Below the pieces are notes generated by a model. It saw only the letters and a list, made by a program, of their open reading frames with translations. It was not told the DNA's origin and searched no databases. A program made the translations under genes and the position numbers. DNA of 64,000 nucleotides from an uncultured Nitrospira sp. (GTDB lineage Bacteria > Nitrospirota > Nitrospiria > Nitrospirales > Nitrospiraceae): NCBI GenBank assembly GCA_964512025.1, contig CAZEHM010000009.1:3162-67161 (forward strand), given 5' to 3'. Positions within the stretch are counted from its first letter, which is position 1. The number at the start of each line of letters is the position of its first letter. Below are positions 30,798 to 43,106 of the stretch, in pieces.

Positions 30798-32009
30798 TCA
30801 CCCTTTAGCAAATAACTTGATCACAAATTTGCTGGCATCACGAACCGGCGCCTTGGAATCCTGCGCATCGGACTCGGTGAATCGACGACCGCCTGCGGCT
30901 CCGTCTTTACCAACACCTTCACCGAACACGGAAAACGCCTGTCCCTGATTGCCTTCTCCATGATCGCACAGCACGAGAAAGCGATAGGGGCCTTTCTTCG
31001 CAAGGCCATCCAGGATCGGCCCGACCAGATCCCGGTCGAATGCTTCGATCCCCCGCACCGTGGCGTTCACATCGGTTCCGTGCACCACCTCATCGCTCAA
31101 CCCGGCGTACAGATAGACAAAATCCTTCCGGGCAAACTCATCGAGCGCGGCAGCCGCCATCGCCTTGAATTGCCCATCACCCAGCTCCGGAGAATCCGAT
31201 GCATCCAACCCCGCACACAATCCGACACCCCGGTGGACATCACTTGAGGCCACCACCGCGCCGGTGATATGAAAGCGCTCCGTCAGACTGGGCCAGGGGA
31301 TCGCCCGGCCCTCCCCCCATAACCAAATACAATTGGCCGGATTTTTCCCTGCCGCCAGCCGGTCTTGGTTCACAGGGTGATCGCGGAGAATCACATGCGA
31401 GGCTTCCATCAATTCCCGCAAAATATCGGCGCCGTCTCCGGTCGGAAGCGCATCCGCGATCAACCGGCCCTTTACCGTCTGAGGATCGATACAGATCGCC
31501 CGTGGCTTGCCTTTCATCCACACCATGACGTGGCGATGCCCCATTCCGGGATAGAACTGCATCGTTTCAGACCCCAGCTGCTCATTGATCGCTTCGATCA
31601 ACTCACGCGCTTCTTCGGTCTCGATGAGCCCGGCCGTCGCATCATCCAGCACGACATGCGACCCTAATTTCTTGATATCCGCGCCGACTTTTCCGCCTTC
31701 CGGCTTCACCGTGACCATCGTACAACGATAGACCACATCCTGTTCCGTCACGGAAACACCGAGACTGGCAGCTTCAAGCGGACCGGGACCTTGATAATAT
31801 TTTTTGGGATCGTACCCGAGAATCGCGGTTCCGTTCAGACCGCTGCCGTGACGATGGCCCTCGGCAGGAATCGAGACCAGGCCCAGTTCACCAATCCGTG
31901 CCAATCGATCAAGATGAGGCGTGGCAGCCGCCTGGAGCGGCGTCCGCCCACCTAAGGCATCCTGCGCATGACCCGCTAACCCGCCAGCATGGAGAATCAG
32001 ATACTTCAT
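30798..32009 (-). CDS. ApgM-like (archaeal-type cofactor-independent phosphoglycerate mutase family) protein, candidate alternative homoserine kinase
   Basis: [33 protein letters not shown]...GK.PAN.IWLWG; lies in the thr operon. Confidence 0.8.
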   Translation of the reverse strand: MKYLILHAGGLAGHAQDALGGRTPLQAAATPHLDRLARIGELGLVSIPAEGHRHGSGLNGTAILGYDPKKYYQGPGPLEAASLGVSVTEQDVVYRCTMVTVKPEGGKVGADIKKLGSHVVLDDATAGLIETEEARELIEAINEQLGSETMQFYPGMGHRHVMVWMKGKPRAICIDPQTVKGRLIADALPTGDGADILRELMEASHVILRDHPVNQDRLAAGKNPANCIWLWGEGRAIPWPSLTERFHITGAVVASSDVHRGVGLCAGLDASDSPELGDGQFKAMAAAALDEFARKDFVYLYAGLSDEVVHGTDVNATVRGIEAFDRDLVGPILDGLAKKGPYRFLVLCDHGEGNQGQAFSVFGEGVGKDGAAGGRRFTESDAQDSKAPVRDASKFVIKLFAKG

Positions 32010-32022
32010 TGAGATCAGACCC

Positions 32023-33084
32023 TCATCGCGCGTTTAATAACCGGGCGACATCCTCGGATATCGCCTTGACAGTCAACGGCGGTTTCGACACGCTGATTGC
32101 CGTATCGGCATCTTTCAATCCATGCCCGGTCAGCGTACACACCACCGTCTCCCCTTCCCGCAATTTCCCGGCCCGGCCCAGTTTCGTCACGCCGGCGACG
32201 GACGCGGCAGAAGCCGGCTCACAAAACACCCCCTCGGTCGCCGCCACCAGTGTATAGGCCTGCAAAATTTCCTCGTCGGTGACCAGATCGATCGCACCGC
32301 ATGATTCCTCCACGGCCTTCGACGCAGCCGCCCAGCTCGCCGGATTGCCGATGCGAATCGCCGTCGCAATGGTTTGCGGTTCTTCGACGACCCGTCCTAA
32401 CACCATCGGGGCAGCCCCTGCAGCTTGAAATCCCATCATCCGCGGCAGCCGCGTCGCCTGGTTCGCGGCTCGATACTCACGGTATCCTTTCCAGTAGGCA
32501 GTGATGTTGCCGGCATTCCCGACCGGGAGCACGTGCACACAGGGCGCATCACCCAATTGGTCACACACTTCGAACGCGGCCGTTTTCTGGCCTTCGATTC
32601 GAAACGGGTTGATGGAGTTGACCAGCTCAATATGATGGGCCGCCGACAGATCTTTGACGATCGTCAGCGCCTGATCGAAATTCCCCTCGATCTGGATGAC
32701 CGTCGCCTGATGCATCATCGCCTGGGACAGCTTCCCGAGCGCGATTTTTCCGGCCGGAATCAACACATAGACGGCGAGTCCGGCTCGTGCCCCGTATGCG
32801 GCGGCGGAAGCGGAGGTATTGCCGGTCGACGCGCACATAACCGCGCGCGCACCCTGCTCCACCGCCTTTGTGATCGCCATTGTCATGCCGCGGTCTTTGA
32901 ACGAGCCGGTGGGATTCGCACCTTCGAACTTCAAATAAAGATCAATGCCCGGGGCAATCGCCTTGGCCAGCCGCTCTGCCCGAATCAACGGCGTATTGCC
33001 TTCCCCCAAACTGACGATCGGGGTTGTGCCAGACACTGGCAGAAACTTTCGATACTCTTCGATGATGCCGCGCCAACGAGCCAT
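32023..33084 (-). CDS. thrC: Threonine synthase
   Basis: [33 protein letters not shown]. Confidence 0.96.
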   Translation of the reverse strand: MARWRGIIEEYRKFLPVSGTTPIVSLGEGNTPLIRAERLAKAIAPGIDLYLKFEGANPTGSFKDRGMTMAITKAVEQGARAVMCASTGNTSASAAAYGARAGLAVYVLIPAGKIALGKLSQAMMHQATVIQIEGNFDQALTIVKDLSAAHHIELVNSINPFRIEGQKTAAFEVCDQLGDAPCVHVLPVGNAGNITAYWKGYREYRAANQATRLPRMMGFQAAGAAPMVLGRVVEEPQTIATAIRIGNPASWAAASKAVEESCGAIDLVTDEEILQAYTLVAATEGVFCEPASAASVAGVTKLGRAGKLREGETVVCTLTGHGLKDADTAISVSKPPLTVKAISEDVARLLNAR

Positions 33085-33088
33085 CCGA

Positions 33089-34402
33089 CTACTCATCTTT
33101 CCCTTCCACGCGGATCAGCGTGGCAGGCTTAGAAATAAAGGCCTGGCGATTGATTTCACCGATCGCCTTTTGCACATCCCGCTCTTTTGCCATATGCGTC
33201 TTGATCACGACCGGAACCGTTTGCCCTTCCCGGCGCCCCTGCTGCAACATCGAGGAGATACTGATCCCGCAGCGGCCGAGTTCCCCCGCAATTTGCGCCA
33301 GGACACCCGGTCGATCCAGCACCATGAAACGGAGGTAGTAGAGCGAACTGATGTCCTCCATGGGCTTGAGACGGATCGGCCGGCGCTGATTTTGTTGAAA
33401 GGAGGCGGGCGGGACGCGCCCGGCGGCCCCCTTCAAGACATTACGCCCGATCGCAATCACATCGCTGACCACCGCACTGCCGGTCGGCATCGAGCCCGCC
33501 CCCCGGCCATGCAAAATCACATCGCCGACAGCATCGCCGACGAGATGGATCGCGTTATAGACGCCGTCCACTTTGGCGATCGGAGAGTCGGACGGCACCA
33601 TGGTCGGATGGACCCGCGCTTCCACCGCGCCATCGCTGAGCTTGGCGATCCCTAACAGCTTGATCGTGTAGCCGAATTCCCGCGCATAGGCGATATCCTG
33701 CTCGGTAATGTTGGTGATGCCCTCGGTATAAATCTCTTTGAAGTTGATCGGGGTCCCGAAAGCCAGGTTCGCCAAAATAGCGAGCTTGTGAGCCGAATCG
33801 ATCCCGGCCACATCGAAGGTCGGATCCGCTTCCGCATAGCCGGCCTGCTGAGCGTCTTTGAGGACCGCCTCAAAGCTATGGCCGTCGCGAGTCATCCGCG
33901 ACAGGATATAATTCGATGTCCCGTTGATAATGCCGTAGATCGACTCGATGCGGTTCGCCGCGAGCCCTTCGGTCAGCGCCCGAATGACCGGAATCCCGCC
34001 ACCCACGCTGGCCTCGAATCCAAGGTCCACCTGCCGGGATTCCGCCGCAGCAAAAATTTCTTCTCCGTGCAACGCCAACAAGGCCTTGTTCGCCGTCACC
34101 ACATGCTTGCCGGCCGCAATCGCGTCGAGCATCACCCGTTTGGCGAAGTCATAGCCGCCGACCAGCTCGATCACAATATCGATCGCCGGATCACCGAGCA
34201 CTTGCTTCACGTCCGTCGTCAACACGCCGGGTGGGACCGCAACCCCGCGATCCCGGGTGATGTCGAGATCGGCGATCCGAAGCAGCTCCACCGGAACACC
34301 GACCCGACGACGGATCACATCGGCATTCTCAAACATGACTTTCGCCACACCGGACCCGACCGTTCCAAATCCGATCAGACCGACACCGATACGCGTTTTC
34401 AT
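33089..34402 (-). CDS. hom: Homoserine dehydrogenase with ACT domain
   Basis: [30 protein letters not shown]. Confidence 0.97.
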   Translation of the reverse strand: MKTRIGVGLIGFGTVGSGVAKVMFENADVIRRRVGVPVELLRIADLDITRDRGVAVPPGVLTTDVKQVLGDPAIDIVIELVGGYDFAKRVMLDAIAAGKHVVTANKALLALHGEEIFAAAESRQVDLGFEASVGGGIPVIRALTEGLAANRIESIYGIINGTSNYILSRMTRDGHSFEAVLKDAQQAGYAEADPTFDVAGIDSAHKLAILANLAFGTPINFKEIYTEGITNITEQDIAYAREFGYTIKLLGIAKLSDGAVEARVHPTMVPSDSPIAKVDGVYNAIHLVGDAVGDVILHGRGAGSMPTGSAVVSDVIAIGRNVLKGAAGRVPPASFQQNQRRPIRLKPMEDISSLYYLRFMVLDRPGVLAQIAGELGRCGISISSMLQQGRREGQTVPVVIKTHMAKERDVQKAIGEINRQAFISKPATLIRVEGKDE

Positions 34403-35595
34403 TCTTCCGAACCTTCGAGCTTCAACACCTTCTTAATCCCCCGAACCGCCTGCCTGGTTCGATGCTCATTCTCGACCAATCCAAACCGCACATACTCGTC
34501 GCCCCCTTCGCCGAATCCGATCCCGGGGGAGACCGCCACCTTCGCCTCGCGCAGCAACAGCTTCGAGAATTCCAGCGACCCCATGTGCCGATAGGCCTGC
34601 GGGATCTGCGCCCACACAAACATGGTCGCCAGCGGCTTCGTGACCTGCCATCCGATCCGGTTCAAACCGCCAACCAACACATCGCGCCGCTTCTGATACC
34701 GCAGCACGGTTTCTTTCACGCAGTCTTGAGGACCGTTCAGCGCGATCACACTGGCAATCTGGACCGGCTGAAAAATTCCATAATCGAGATAGCTCTTGAT
34801 CTTCGCCAGGGCGCCGACGACCTCCCGATTCCCAACACAAAACCCGACCCGCCAGCCGGGCATATTGTAGGCCTTCGACAGCGTGTAGAACTCGACGCCG
34901 ATATCCTTCGCGCCCGGCACCTGCAAAAAACTCGGCGCTTTGTATCCGTCAAACACCAGGTCGGCATAGGCCAAATCGTGAATGACAATCACGTTATGCT
35001 CTTTGGCAAACGCGACGACTTTTTTAAAGAATGAGATATCGACCACCGCGGTCGTAGGGTTATGCGGGAAATTGATGACCAGGATTTTCGGGCGCGGCAT
35101 CGTCTGCCGATAGACACGCTGCAAATCCTCGAAAAAATCGCTATCCTGACGCAGCTCGATCCCGCGAACCTCGCCTCCGGCAATGATGAAGCTGTACATA
35201 TGGATCGGATAAGTCGGCGTCGGGGTCAGCACCACATCGCCGGGACCGATCATCGCCAGCGCCAGATGAGCCAGGCCTTCCTTGGAGCCGATCGTCACAA
35301 TGGCTTCCGTCTCGGGATCCAATTCGACATTGTAATTCCGCTTATACCAGCCACAAATCGCATGACGCAGCTTGGTGATGCCGCGCGAGGCCGAGTAGCG
35401 ATGGTTCTTGCCTTTACGGGCCGCCTCGATCAGTTTGTCGACAATGTGGGGCGGTGTCGGCTGATCGGGATTGCCCATCCCAAAGTCGATGACATCCTCT
35501 CCCCGTTGTCGAGCTTCCAACTTGAGGCTCTGCACCTGAGCGAATACATATGGCGGGAGTCGCTTTAACCGATAAAACCCATCGCCCAAACCCAT
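34399..35595 (-). CDS. Class I/II PLP aminotransferase (AlaC/DapL-like)
   Basis: [29 protein letters not shown]. Confidence 0.88.
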   Translation of the reverse strand: MGLGDGFYRLKRLPPYVFAQVQSLKLEARQRGEDVIDFGMGNPDQPTPPHIVDKLIEAARKGKNHRYSASRGITKLRHAICGWYKRNYNVELDPETEAIVTIGSKEGLAHLALAMIGPGDVVLTPTPTYPIHMYSFIIAGGEVRGIELRQDSDFFEDLQRVYRQTMPRPKILVINFPHNPTTAVVDISFFKKVVAFAKEHNVIVIHDLAYADLVFDGYKAPSFLQVPGAKDIGVEFYTLSKAYNMPGWRVGFCVGNREVVGALAKIKSYLDYGIFQPVQIASVIALNGPQDCVKETVLRYQKRRDVLVGGLNRIGWQVTKPLATMFVWAQIPQAYRHMGSLEFSKLLLREAKVAVSPGIGFGEGGDEYVRFGLVENEHRTRQAVRGIKKVLKLEGSEE

Positions 35596-35885
35596 GACGG
35601 TCCTCTACCTCTTAAATTCTGGTCTTCTTCAAGCTGCTCCTCAGTGAAGAGAGGAATGAACAGGCTTAAGGAAAGGCCTATTCTAATGGAGGGCTCCTGT
35701 CGAGTCAATTTACCTTGTGATTCTGTGGGGTTCCGTTTCAGCGATCATTCTCCGTCTGCCGGGAGGCCTGCCGGGCCTTCCCGCCCGGTCAACCTTGCTC
35801 CCTCCGGCGCCTTCTGCTAATAATGCGTTGCGTTTCCCCCGTCGTTTATTTCTTCCCTGTAGGTCTCCCACAGGCTGGAGGTGCC

Positions 35886-36599
35886 ATGGCCAGGCTGGGC
35901 GTCAATATCGACCATATCGCAACGCTTCGCCAAGCCCGTGGCGGGACCGATCCGGATCCATTGGCAGCAGCCGTCCTCGTTGAACTCGCCGGCGCCGATG
36001 GCCTGGTCGTGCATTTACGCGAGGATCGCCGGCATATCCAGGATCGGGACCTCACGCTGTTGCGGGAGATCGTCCGCACCAAACTCGATCTGGAAATGGC
36101 CGCCGATGAGGCGATGGTCAAAATCGCCCTCACCGTGAAACCGGACCTTGTCACACTGGTGCCGGAAAAGCGCCAGGAACTGACCACCGAGGGCGGGCTG
36201 GATGTGGCAGGATTGAAAGAGCGCATGCAGACGACCATCTCCATGCTGCACGACGCCGGAATTCCCGTCAGCCTCTTCATCGAACCGGATCTCAACCAAA
36301 TCAAAGCCGCCCACAAGGTTGCGGCGGACTTCGTCGAACTCCACACGGGGCGCTATGCCAACGCCACCCGATCGAAAGAAGCCGATGCAGAATTCGAAGC
36401 CATCACTCAGGCGGCCAAACTCGCCTACAAGCTGGGCATGGGGGTCAATGCCGGCCACGGCCTGAATTATCGCAATGTCGCACGGCTGACTCATATCCCG
36501 GAAATCGTGGAATACAACATCGGACACAGTATCATCGCGCGCGCCGTCCTCGTCGGCCTCGACCAGGCAGTCAAAGAAATGAAAGCGCTGCTCGGCTGA
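35886..36599 (+). CDS. pdxJ: Pyridoxine 5'-phosphate synthase
   Basis: [35 protein letters not shown]. Confidence 0.97.
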   Translation: MARLGVNIDHIATLRQARGGTDPDPLAAAVLVELAGADGLVVHLREDRRHIQDRDLTLLREIVRTKLDLEMAADEAMVKIALTVKPDLVTLVPEKRQELTTEGGLDVAGLKERMQTTISMLHDAGIPVSLFIEPDLNQIKAAHKVAADFVELHTGRYANATRSKEADAEFEAITQAAKLAYKLGMGVNAGHGLNYRNVARLTHIPEIVEYNIGHSIIARAVLVGLDQAVKEMKALLG

Positions 36600-36732
36600 C
36601 CTGCCTGTCGACGCCATTCACTCGTATACGAACCGTCGGCCACCCCATGACGCCACACGCATTCAACCCGCCGCCAGATCCACTTCATACATCACCACGT
36701 CGACATACGGCTATGAACGGGCGGGCGCCGCA

Positions 36733-38289
36733 ATGAAGGTGATGGTGACCGCCGCACAAATGCATGCGCTTGACCGTCGAACAATCGAGGAAGCCGGTGT
36801 ACCCGGGACCACATTGATGGAGCGGGCAGGAGCCGGAGTGGTCGCCTGTCTACAACGACAGCTGGGCCAGGTGCGCGGAAAAACCGTCACAATATTCTGC
36901 GGCAAAGGCAATAACGGCGGTGACGGATTCGTGGTCGCACGCCTGCTGCACAAGCAACGGGCCAAGGTGCAGGTACTCACCTTAGCATCGGCCACAGAAC
37001 TCAGCCGTGACGCCGCAACCATGTATCGCCGACTGGTCAAGGCCGCCGGCAAAACGGTGGTCAAGCCATTTTCGTCCGCAGGCCAGATCCAATCGATGCT
37101 GCAAGACAGCGACGCGATCATCGACGCGCTGCTTGGAACCGGCCTGGCCAGTTCTGTCACAGGCCGATATGCGGACGCTATCGAGTGCATCAATCAGGCG
37201 CGGCGGTTGACCATGGCTGTGGATCTTCCCTCGGGCATTCACGCCGACAGCGGCGCGGTCTTAGGCCTGGCGGTGAAGGCCGACCTGACCGTGACCTTCG
37301 GGCTGCCCAAGCTGGGCCTGTTCCAGAATCAGGGCATCGATCATGCTGGTCGTGTGGAGATCGTCGATATCGGAATTCCACGGAACTATGTCGATGCCGT
37401 GGGAAGCCGGATCCACCTGATCTCTGAGTCGTTCGTTCAAAGCGCCCTGCCCCCACGCCGACTTTCCAGCCACAAAGGCACCTTCGGCCATGCCGGCATC
37501 ATCGCCGGATCGGTCGGCAAGACCGGGGCGGCTGCGATGGCGGCACAGGCTGCCTTGCGAACGGGGGCCGGACTCGTGACCGTTGCCACGCCTGCGAGCG
37601 TCAACGATGTCCTGGAGGCCAAGCTTCTGGAAGTCATGACCATCCCGATGCCCGAGACCAAGGCCCGCACCTTGTCCCGCGCCGCATTAGATCGTCTGAA
37701 AGATTTCATCGCCGCGAGAACCTCGGTCGCCATCGGCCCGGGACTCTCCACTCATCCGGAAACTGTCGAGTTGGTCCATGCGCTGGTCCGGCAACTGGAT
37801 CGACCGAGCGTCCTTGATGCCGATGCGTTGAACGCGCTGGCTGGTCGCGCCTCCCTCTTAACTGAGTGTAGAATCCCTCCTGTCCTGACCCCGCATCCTG
37901 GCGAAATGGCCAGGCTGGTAACCGAATCCTCCGCTCAATCGGTCAACGAGGACCGGATCGGCACGGCCGCGCGTTTTGCCGGAGAACGCGGCTGCTATGT
38001 GGTGCTCAAGGGGGCCAGAACGGTGATTGCCGGGCCTGACGGGAGGGTGGCCATTTGCCCGACCGGCAATCCCGGTATGGCGACAGCCGGAACAGGCGAC
38101 GTCCTGACCGGCATGATTGCCGGATTACTCGCCCAGGGCCTCGCCTCGTGGGAAGCCGCCTGTGCTGCAACCTATGTACACGGACTCGCCGGCGACCTCG
38201 CCGCCGAGGTCATCGGACAGACCAGTTTAATGGCCGGAGACGTCATTGACCATATTCCCTATGCGCTCACGAACATCCGCTCGGCCTAG
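36733..38289 (+). CDS. nnr: Bifunctional NAD(P)H-hydrate epimerase/dehydratase
   Basis: CGKGNNGGDG, DLPSG, HKGTFG, TPHPGE, TAGTGDVL. Confidence 0.95.
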   Translation: MKVMVTAAQMHALDRRTIEEAGVPGTTLMERAGAGVVACLQRQLGQVRGKTVTIFCGKGNNGGDGFVVARLLHKQRAKVQVLTLASATELSRDAATMYRRLVKAAGKTVVKPFSSAGQIQSMLQDSDAIIDALLGTGLASSVTGRYADAIECINQARRLTMAVDLPSGIHADSGAVLGLAVKADLTVTFGLPKLGLFQNQGIDHAGRVEIVDIGIPRNYVDAVGSRIHLISESFVQSALPPRRLSSHKGTFGHAGIIAGSVGKTGAAAMAAQAALRTGAGLVTVATPASVNDVLEAKLLEVMTIPMPETKARTLSRAALDRLKDFIAARTSVAIGPGLSTHPETVELVHALVRQLDRPSVLDADALNALAGRASLLTECRIPPVLTPHPGEMARLVTESSAQSVNEDRIGTAARFAGERGCYVVLKGARTVIAGPDGRVAICPTGNPGMATAGTGDVLTGMIAGLLAQGLASWEAACAATYVHGLAGDLAAEVIGQTSLMAGDVIDHIPYALTNIRSA

Positions 38290-38296
38290 CCGAGCC

Positions 38297-38893
38297 ATGA
38301 CACCCAAATCACAGCCGCCTCCCCCGGCCAAGCAGCCGCGCCCTAAGCCGTCCGCGCACTGGACTCTGACGCTCCCCTCACGCGCCGCCACGGAAGCATT
38401 CGGACGGGTGATGGGGCGGGCCCTGGCCGGCGGCGAAATGCTGGCGCTGCTCGGGGAGCTCGGAGCAGGGAAAACCGCCCTCGTACGGGGAATCGCAACC
38501 GGTCTGGGCATACCGCCCGACCAGGTCACCAGCCCGACGTTTGTGCTGATCCACGAATACCAGGGGCGGCTGCCGCTGATTCACATGGATCTCTACCGGC
38601 TGCAGAGCCCAGCCGAAGCCGAAGGGATCGGCCTGCAGGAATATTTTGAGGGAAACATCGTGACCGCCATCGAATGGGCGGACAAGTTCCCGGAACTACT
38701 GCCCAGTGATCGGCTCGACATCACGCTGCAACACCACACCCCGACGTCGAGAACCGCACACCTCATCGCTCACGGACCGCGCGCAAACCGGTTGCTCACG
38801 AGCCTCGGACCACACACACGCCAATCCAAGCGTACGCCATCAAGGGGATCGCGCCCGGTCGCTCCCAAGAGGGGGAAAACCCGCACATCATGA
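38297..38893 (+). CDS. tsaE: t6A biosynthesis ATPase TsaE
   Basis: GELGAGKT, SPTF, HMDLYRL, IEWA. Confidence 0.95.
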   Translation: MTPKSQPPPPAKQPRPKPSAHWTLTLPSRAATEAFGRVMGRALAGGEMLALLGELGAGKTALVRGIATGLGIPPDQVTSPTFVLIHEYQGRLPLIHMDLYRLQSPAEAEGIGLQEYFEGNIVTAIEWADKFPELLPSDRLDITLQHHTPTSRTAHLIAHGPRANRLLTSLGPHTRQSKRTPSRGSRPVAPKRGKTRTS

Positions 38894-39228
38894 TTCGGCT
38901 CATTCTGGTCGGTATGCTGCTGCTCCTGTCTCTCGCATTCTTTCTCCAGAATCAGGAGCAGGAAGTCACCTTGCGGTACTTCTTCGGTTTACTGGAAGCC
39001 TCCACGCCCATTTACAAACCGATCCTCACGGCCTTCGCCGTCGGGCTGCTCGTATCCGGGATTCTGTTGTTCCCGCCGTGGGTGCGGGGGCGAATCGAGC
39101 TCCGGCGCAAGACCAAGGCGCTGCAAGAGGCCGAAGTCGATCTGGAGCGGGCACGCCAAACGCTTGAAAATCTGACCGGCCGCTCAACCCCGGGCAACGA
39201 ACCCGCGCGAGATCTTGCCGATGAGTGA
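38890..39228 (+). CDS. LapA-family membrane protein
   Basis: Two TM segments with FFLQN; C-terminal coiled coil. Confidence 0.75.
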   Translation: MIRLILVGMLLLLSLAFFLQNQEQEVTLRYFFGLLEASTPIYKPILTAFAVGLLVSGILLFPPWVRGRIELRRKTKALQEAEVDLERARQTLENLTGRSTPGNEPARDLADE

Positions 39229-41872
39229 TCAAGACGCCAGCCCGCTGATGCGGCAATACCGGGAGATCAAGCGCGGCTACGAACATGCCATTCTGTTTTT
39301 CCGGGTGGGCGATTTTTACGAAATGTTTTATCAAGATGCGCAAGAAGCCTCGCGCATCCTCTCCATCGCCCTGACCTCGCGTGATAAAAACAGCCCGGAT
39401 CCGGTTCCGCTCTGCGGCGTGCCCTACCACGCCGCGACCGGCTATATCGCCAAACTGCTGAAAGCGGGACGGACCGTAGCCCTCTGCGAACAGGTCGAAG
39501 ATCCCAAGCTCGCGAAGGGGCTGGTACGCCGCGAAGTCGTTCGGCTGTATACGCCCGGTACGCTCGTGGACACTGAGTTTCTCTCACCGGTCGAGTCGAA
39601 TTTCCTCGCGGCGGTGTCCGTTGACTCCAGAGCAAAGCCCCACCCCCTGATCGGATTGGCGATGCTTGAGGTCTCCACCGGGGAGTTCTGGATTGCTGAA
39701 TTTCAGGGCGAACAGGCTCAGATACAGGCGTCGGATGAATTGGCCCGCCTGGATCCTCGGGAAATTCTGTTTGCGCAGGCAACCAGCCGGCAGGATACAG
39801 ACTGGCTCCATCAAATGAAGGGCATACGCCTGTGCGAGCGTGATGCGGCGACCTTCGACCCGCAGCAGGCCGCTCGACTGCTGCAAGAGCAATTTCACAT
39901 CCATTCACTGGAAGCCTTCGGTTGTCAGGGTCTGACGGTGGGCATCGGCGCAGCCGGCGCCGTATTGAGCTATTTCCGCGATACCCAGCCCTCGGCGCCA
40001 CTGGACTATATTCGGCGCCCGCGCGTCCGCCGCTCCTCAGACTCGATGCATCTGGACAGCGTCACCATTCGCAATCTCGAGTTGCTCAAACCGATGGGCG
40101 CCTCGGACGAAAGTCATGGCGGGAAACCGGCCACTCTCCTTTCAGTGCTCGATCGTACCGTCACGGCTATGGGGAGCCGCCTGCTCCGGCAATGGTTGGT
40201 CCGACCCTTGATTCAGAGCGAGGCGATCCACGCCAGGCTCGATGCCGTCGGTGAGCTGAAAGACCGGATTGCGACGCGTGTCGCCTTGCGAGCCGCGCTC
40301 AGAGCGGTACAAGACCTCTCACGCTTGAGCGGTCGGATTGTGCTGGGGGTCGCAGGCCCTCGAGAACTTGTCGCCCTGAAGGACTCGCTTGCCACCCTTC
40401 CTGCAATCATCACCCAACTCAGTCCGCTCACGAGTCCCCTGTTCCTCGAAGCTCGGTCAGCCTGGGATAATGGAGAGGATCTCCATACCCTAATCGAGAG
40501 GGCCCTTCAGCCAGAGGTCCCGATCACGCTTCGTGACGGGGGCGTGATCCGCGACGGGTATCACGCGGGGCTCGATGAGCTTCGAAAAGCCAGCACCGAA
40601 GGGAAACATTGGATCGCCGCGTTGGAGGCCAAAGAGCGGGAACGGACCGGCATCGATTCCCTCAAAGTCCGCTACAACCAGGTATTCGGCTACTACATCG
40701 AAATCACCAAAACAAATCTCGCCCGCGTACCGGCGGATTTTATCCGCAAGCAAACACTGGTGAACGCCGAGCGGTTCATGACGCCGGAGTTGAAAGAACT
40801 CGAAGAACGGGTCACCGGAGCCGAGGTGAAACTACTGGCCCTGGAGCAGGACCTCTTCGCCCAGCTTCGGACGACACTCGCCGGCCACGCCACCCGCTTG
40901 CAGGAGATTGCCGGCAAACTGGCCGTGATCGACGTCCTGGCCGGACTGGCTGAAACCGCCGCGCTGAATCAATATACCAAGCCCGTCATCGACCAGGCGG
41001 GGTTGATTGATATCCGCGGCGGCCGCCACCCCGTCGTAGAGCGGCTGAGCGACGACATGGCGTTTGTGCCGAATGATACCCTGCTGAACCTGGACTCCCA
41101 TAGGCTGCAGATTCTGACCGGACCGAACATGGCGGGCAAAAGCACGTTCCTGCGCCAGGTCGCGTTGATCGTTCTTCTGGCCCAGGTCGGAAGTTTCGTC
41201 CCGGCCGCTTCCGCGACGATCGGTGTGGTCGACCGGATCTTCACCCGCGTCGGAGCCTCGGATAATCTGGCCAGCGGCCACAGCACCTTCATGGTCGAGA
41301 TGGTGGAAACGGCGACCATCCTGCATAGCGCGACGGTGCGCAGTCTTATTCTTTTAGATGAAATCGGGCGCGGCACCAGCACCTATGACGGGCTCAGCAT
41401 CGCATGGGCCGTCGCGGAATATATCCATGACCGCAGAACGCTCGGAGCCCGAACCCTATTCGCAACGCACTACCATGAGATGACCCAACTGGAGCAGCAG
41501 CGGGAGGGAATCAAGAATTTCAGAGTCGCGGTACAGGAACGCGATGGCAACGTGGTCTTTCTCCGAAAGATCATCGCCGGCGGAGCAGACCGCAGCTACG
41601 GCATCTACGTCGCAAAACTGGCAGGGCTTCCCTCATCCGTCATCTCGCGAGCACAGGATGTCCTCCTGCAGCTGGAGAGGCCGGAATCGGCTCAGATCAC
41701 CGAGTCGGTTGCCCACACCGAGCCTGCGGCTGCGCCGTTGCCGCAGCCGCACCCCCTCGTGGAGGAAGTTCGGCAGATCGATCTGTTCTCAATGACGCCT
41801 TTGGACGCACTCAATCGCCTGGCCGATCTTCAGCGAAAAGCGACGCCCTCGACCGACAACGCAGCATCCTGA
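39221..41872 (+). CDS. mutS: DNA mismatch repair protein MutS
   Basis: FRVGDFYEMF, TGPNMAGKST, DEIGRGTST, ATHYHE. Confidence 0.98.
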   Translation: MSDQDASPLMRQYREIKRGYEHAILFFRVGDFYEMFYQDAQEASRILSIALTSRDKNSPDPVPLCGVPYHAATGYIAKLLKAGRTVALCEQVEDPKLAKGLVRREVVRLYTPGTLVDTEFLSPVESNFLAAVSVDSRAKPHPLIGLAMLEVSTGEFWIAEFQGEQAQIQASDELARLDPREILFAQATSRQDTDWLHQMKGIRLCERDAATFDPQQAARLLQEQFHIHSLEAFGCQGLTVGIGAAGAVLSYFRDTQPSAPLDYIRRPRVRRSSDSMHLDSVTIRNLELLKPMGASDESHGGKPATLLSVLDRTVTAMGSRLLRQWLVRPLIQSEAIHARLDAVGELKDRIATRVALRAALRAVQDLSRLSGRIVLGVAGPRELVALKDSLATLPAIITQLSPLTSPLFLEARSAWDNGEDLHTLIERALQPEVPITLRDGGVIRDGYHAGLDELRKASTEGKHWIAALEAKERERTGIDSLKVRYNQVFGYYIEITKTNLARVPADFIRKQTLVNAERFMTPELKELEERVTGAEVKLLALEQDLFAQLRTTLAGHATRLQEIAGKLAVIDVLAGLAETAALNQYTKPVIDQAGLIDIRGGRHPVVERLSDDMAFVPNDTLLNLDSHRLQILTGPNMAGKSTFLRQVALIVLLAQVGSFVPAASATIGVVDRIFTRVGASDNLASGHSTFMVEMVETATILHSATVRSLILLDEIGRGTSTYDGLSIAWAVAEYIHDRRTLGARTLFATHYHEMTQLEQQREGIKNFRVAVQERDGNVVFLRKIIAGGADRSYGIYVAKLAGLPSSVISRAQDVLLQLERPESAQITESVAHTEPAAAPLPQPHPLVEEVRQIDLFSMTPLDALNRLADLQRKATPSTDNAAS

Positions 41873-41936
41873 TCGCCTTTCCCCTCTTGATGCCACTTCC
41901 TCATTAGTCGGATAATGACCGTCTGCGAGGCACTCC

Positions 41937-43106
41937 ATGGCAGTCGATGCCAATCGACGACTTCTGCTTACACTCATCGGACTTGGGGTCGCACTATTCT
42001 GCCTTGATCTGTATCTCCCGCTGGGAATCGGCAACGGGGTTCTCTACGGAGGACTCGTCATCCTGTCCTTTCTATTGCCGAATCGGACGGGGCCGGTGAT
42101 CACCGCCTCCATCTGCTCCGTACTGACCATGGCCGATGTGCTTCTGAGCCCCACGCTCGACGGGGTTCCCATTTGGATGGGCGTGACAAACCGACTTTTT
42201 AGCCTGACAGCCATCTGGCTTCCGGTGCTGTTCTTCTTACATCAGCGAAGAGCCGAAGACGCGTTGCAACGCGCCCACGATGATCTCGAAGAGCGGGTTC
42301 AACTGCGCACCCAGGAACTCGCCGCCGTCAACAACGCGCTGGTGACGGAAATCTCCGAACGGATAGAAACAGAACACTCGCTTCGAAAGAGTGAAGCCGT
42401 GCTGCAAGCGAATCAACGGGAACTCCAGCAGAGTCGGGAGGATTTGCGTGCGTTGGCCGGACAGCTTCTCACGGCTCAGGAAGAAGACCGACGGCGGATT
42501 TCACGGGACCTGCACGACGATATCAATCAGCGGCTCGCGATGCTCTCGATGGATTTGAGGCAAGCAGAGAAAGACAAATCCTCCGACGCGCAATCGCTCC
42601 GCTCCACTATTCGGCTGGTATCGGACCAACTGACCGCTATTTCCGATGACGTCCGCCAGATGGCCTATCGATTTCACCCTTCCATTCTCGATGATCTCGG
42701 GCTCGTGAAAGCCATCCGACGCCAGATCGATGATTTTTCAGCCCGCACCGGAAGCAAGGTTTCGTATGTCCATCGAGACCCCGCGACGGCACTCCCCGCA
42801 GAATTGGCGATCTGCCTCTACCGTATCGTGCAGGAAAGCCTGAGCAACATCGCCCGCCACGCCCACGCTTCCCATGTGGAGGTCGAGTTGATCTGCGAAG
42901 ACGATCTCGTCTCGCTCTCCGTGCATGACGATGGCACGGGATTCGATCAGACACAGCTCTCGCGCGCCGGCGCTCATCTCGGTCTCCTGAGCATGAGAGA
43001 GCGGGTTCGCCTGGCAAAAGGCCGATTCGAGATTGATTCGACTCCTTCACGAGGCACGCACATCCATGTTGAAGTTCCCCTGACCACAGGAGCCACTCAT
43101 GCATAA
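41937..43106 (+). CDS. Membrane sensor histidine kinase (HisKA_3, NarX/DesK class)
   Basis: Short TM region, coiled coil, ISRDLHDD, QESLSNIARH, DDGTGF, GLLSMRER. Confidence 0.92.
   Translation: MAVDANRRLLLTLIGLGVALFCLDLYLPLGIGNGVLYGGLVILSFLLPNRTGPVITASICSVLTMADVLLSPTLDGVPIWMGVTNRLFSLTAIWLPVLFFLHQRRAEDALQRAHDDLEERVQLRTQELAAVNNALVTEISERIETEHSLRKSEAVLQANQRELQQSREDLRALAGQLLTAQEEDRRRISRDLHDDINQRLAMLSMDLRQAEKDKSSDAQSLRSTIRLVSDQLTAISDDVRQMAYRFHPSILDDLGLVKAIRRQIDDFSARTGSKVSYVHRDPATALPAELAICLYRIVQESLSNIARHAHASHVEVELICEDDLVSLSVHDDGTGFDQTQLSRAGAHLGLLSMRERVRLAKGRFEIDSTPSRGTHIHVEVPLTTGATHA

Noticed and set aside
36600..36732. Possible acpS remnant between pdxJ and nnr
   Set aside because: The gap is only about 130 bp and shows no AcpS motifs.
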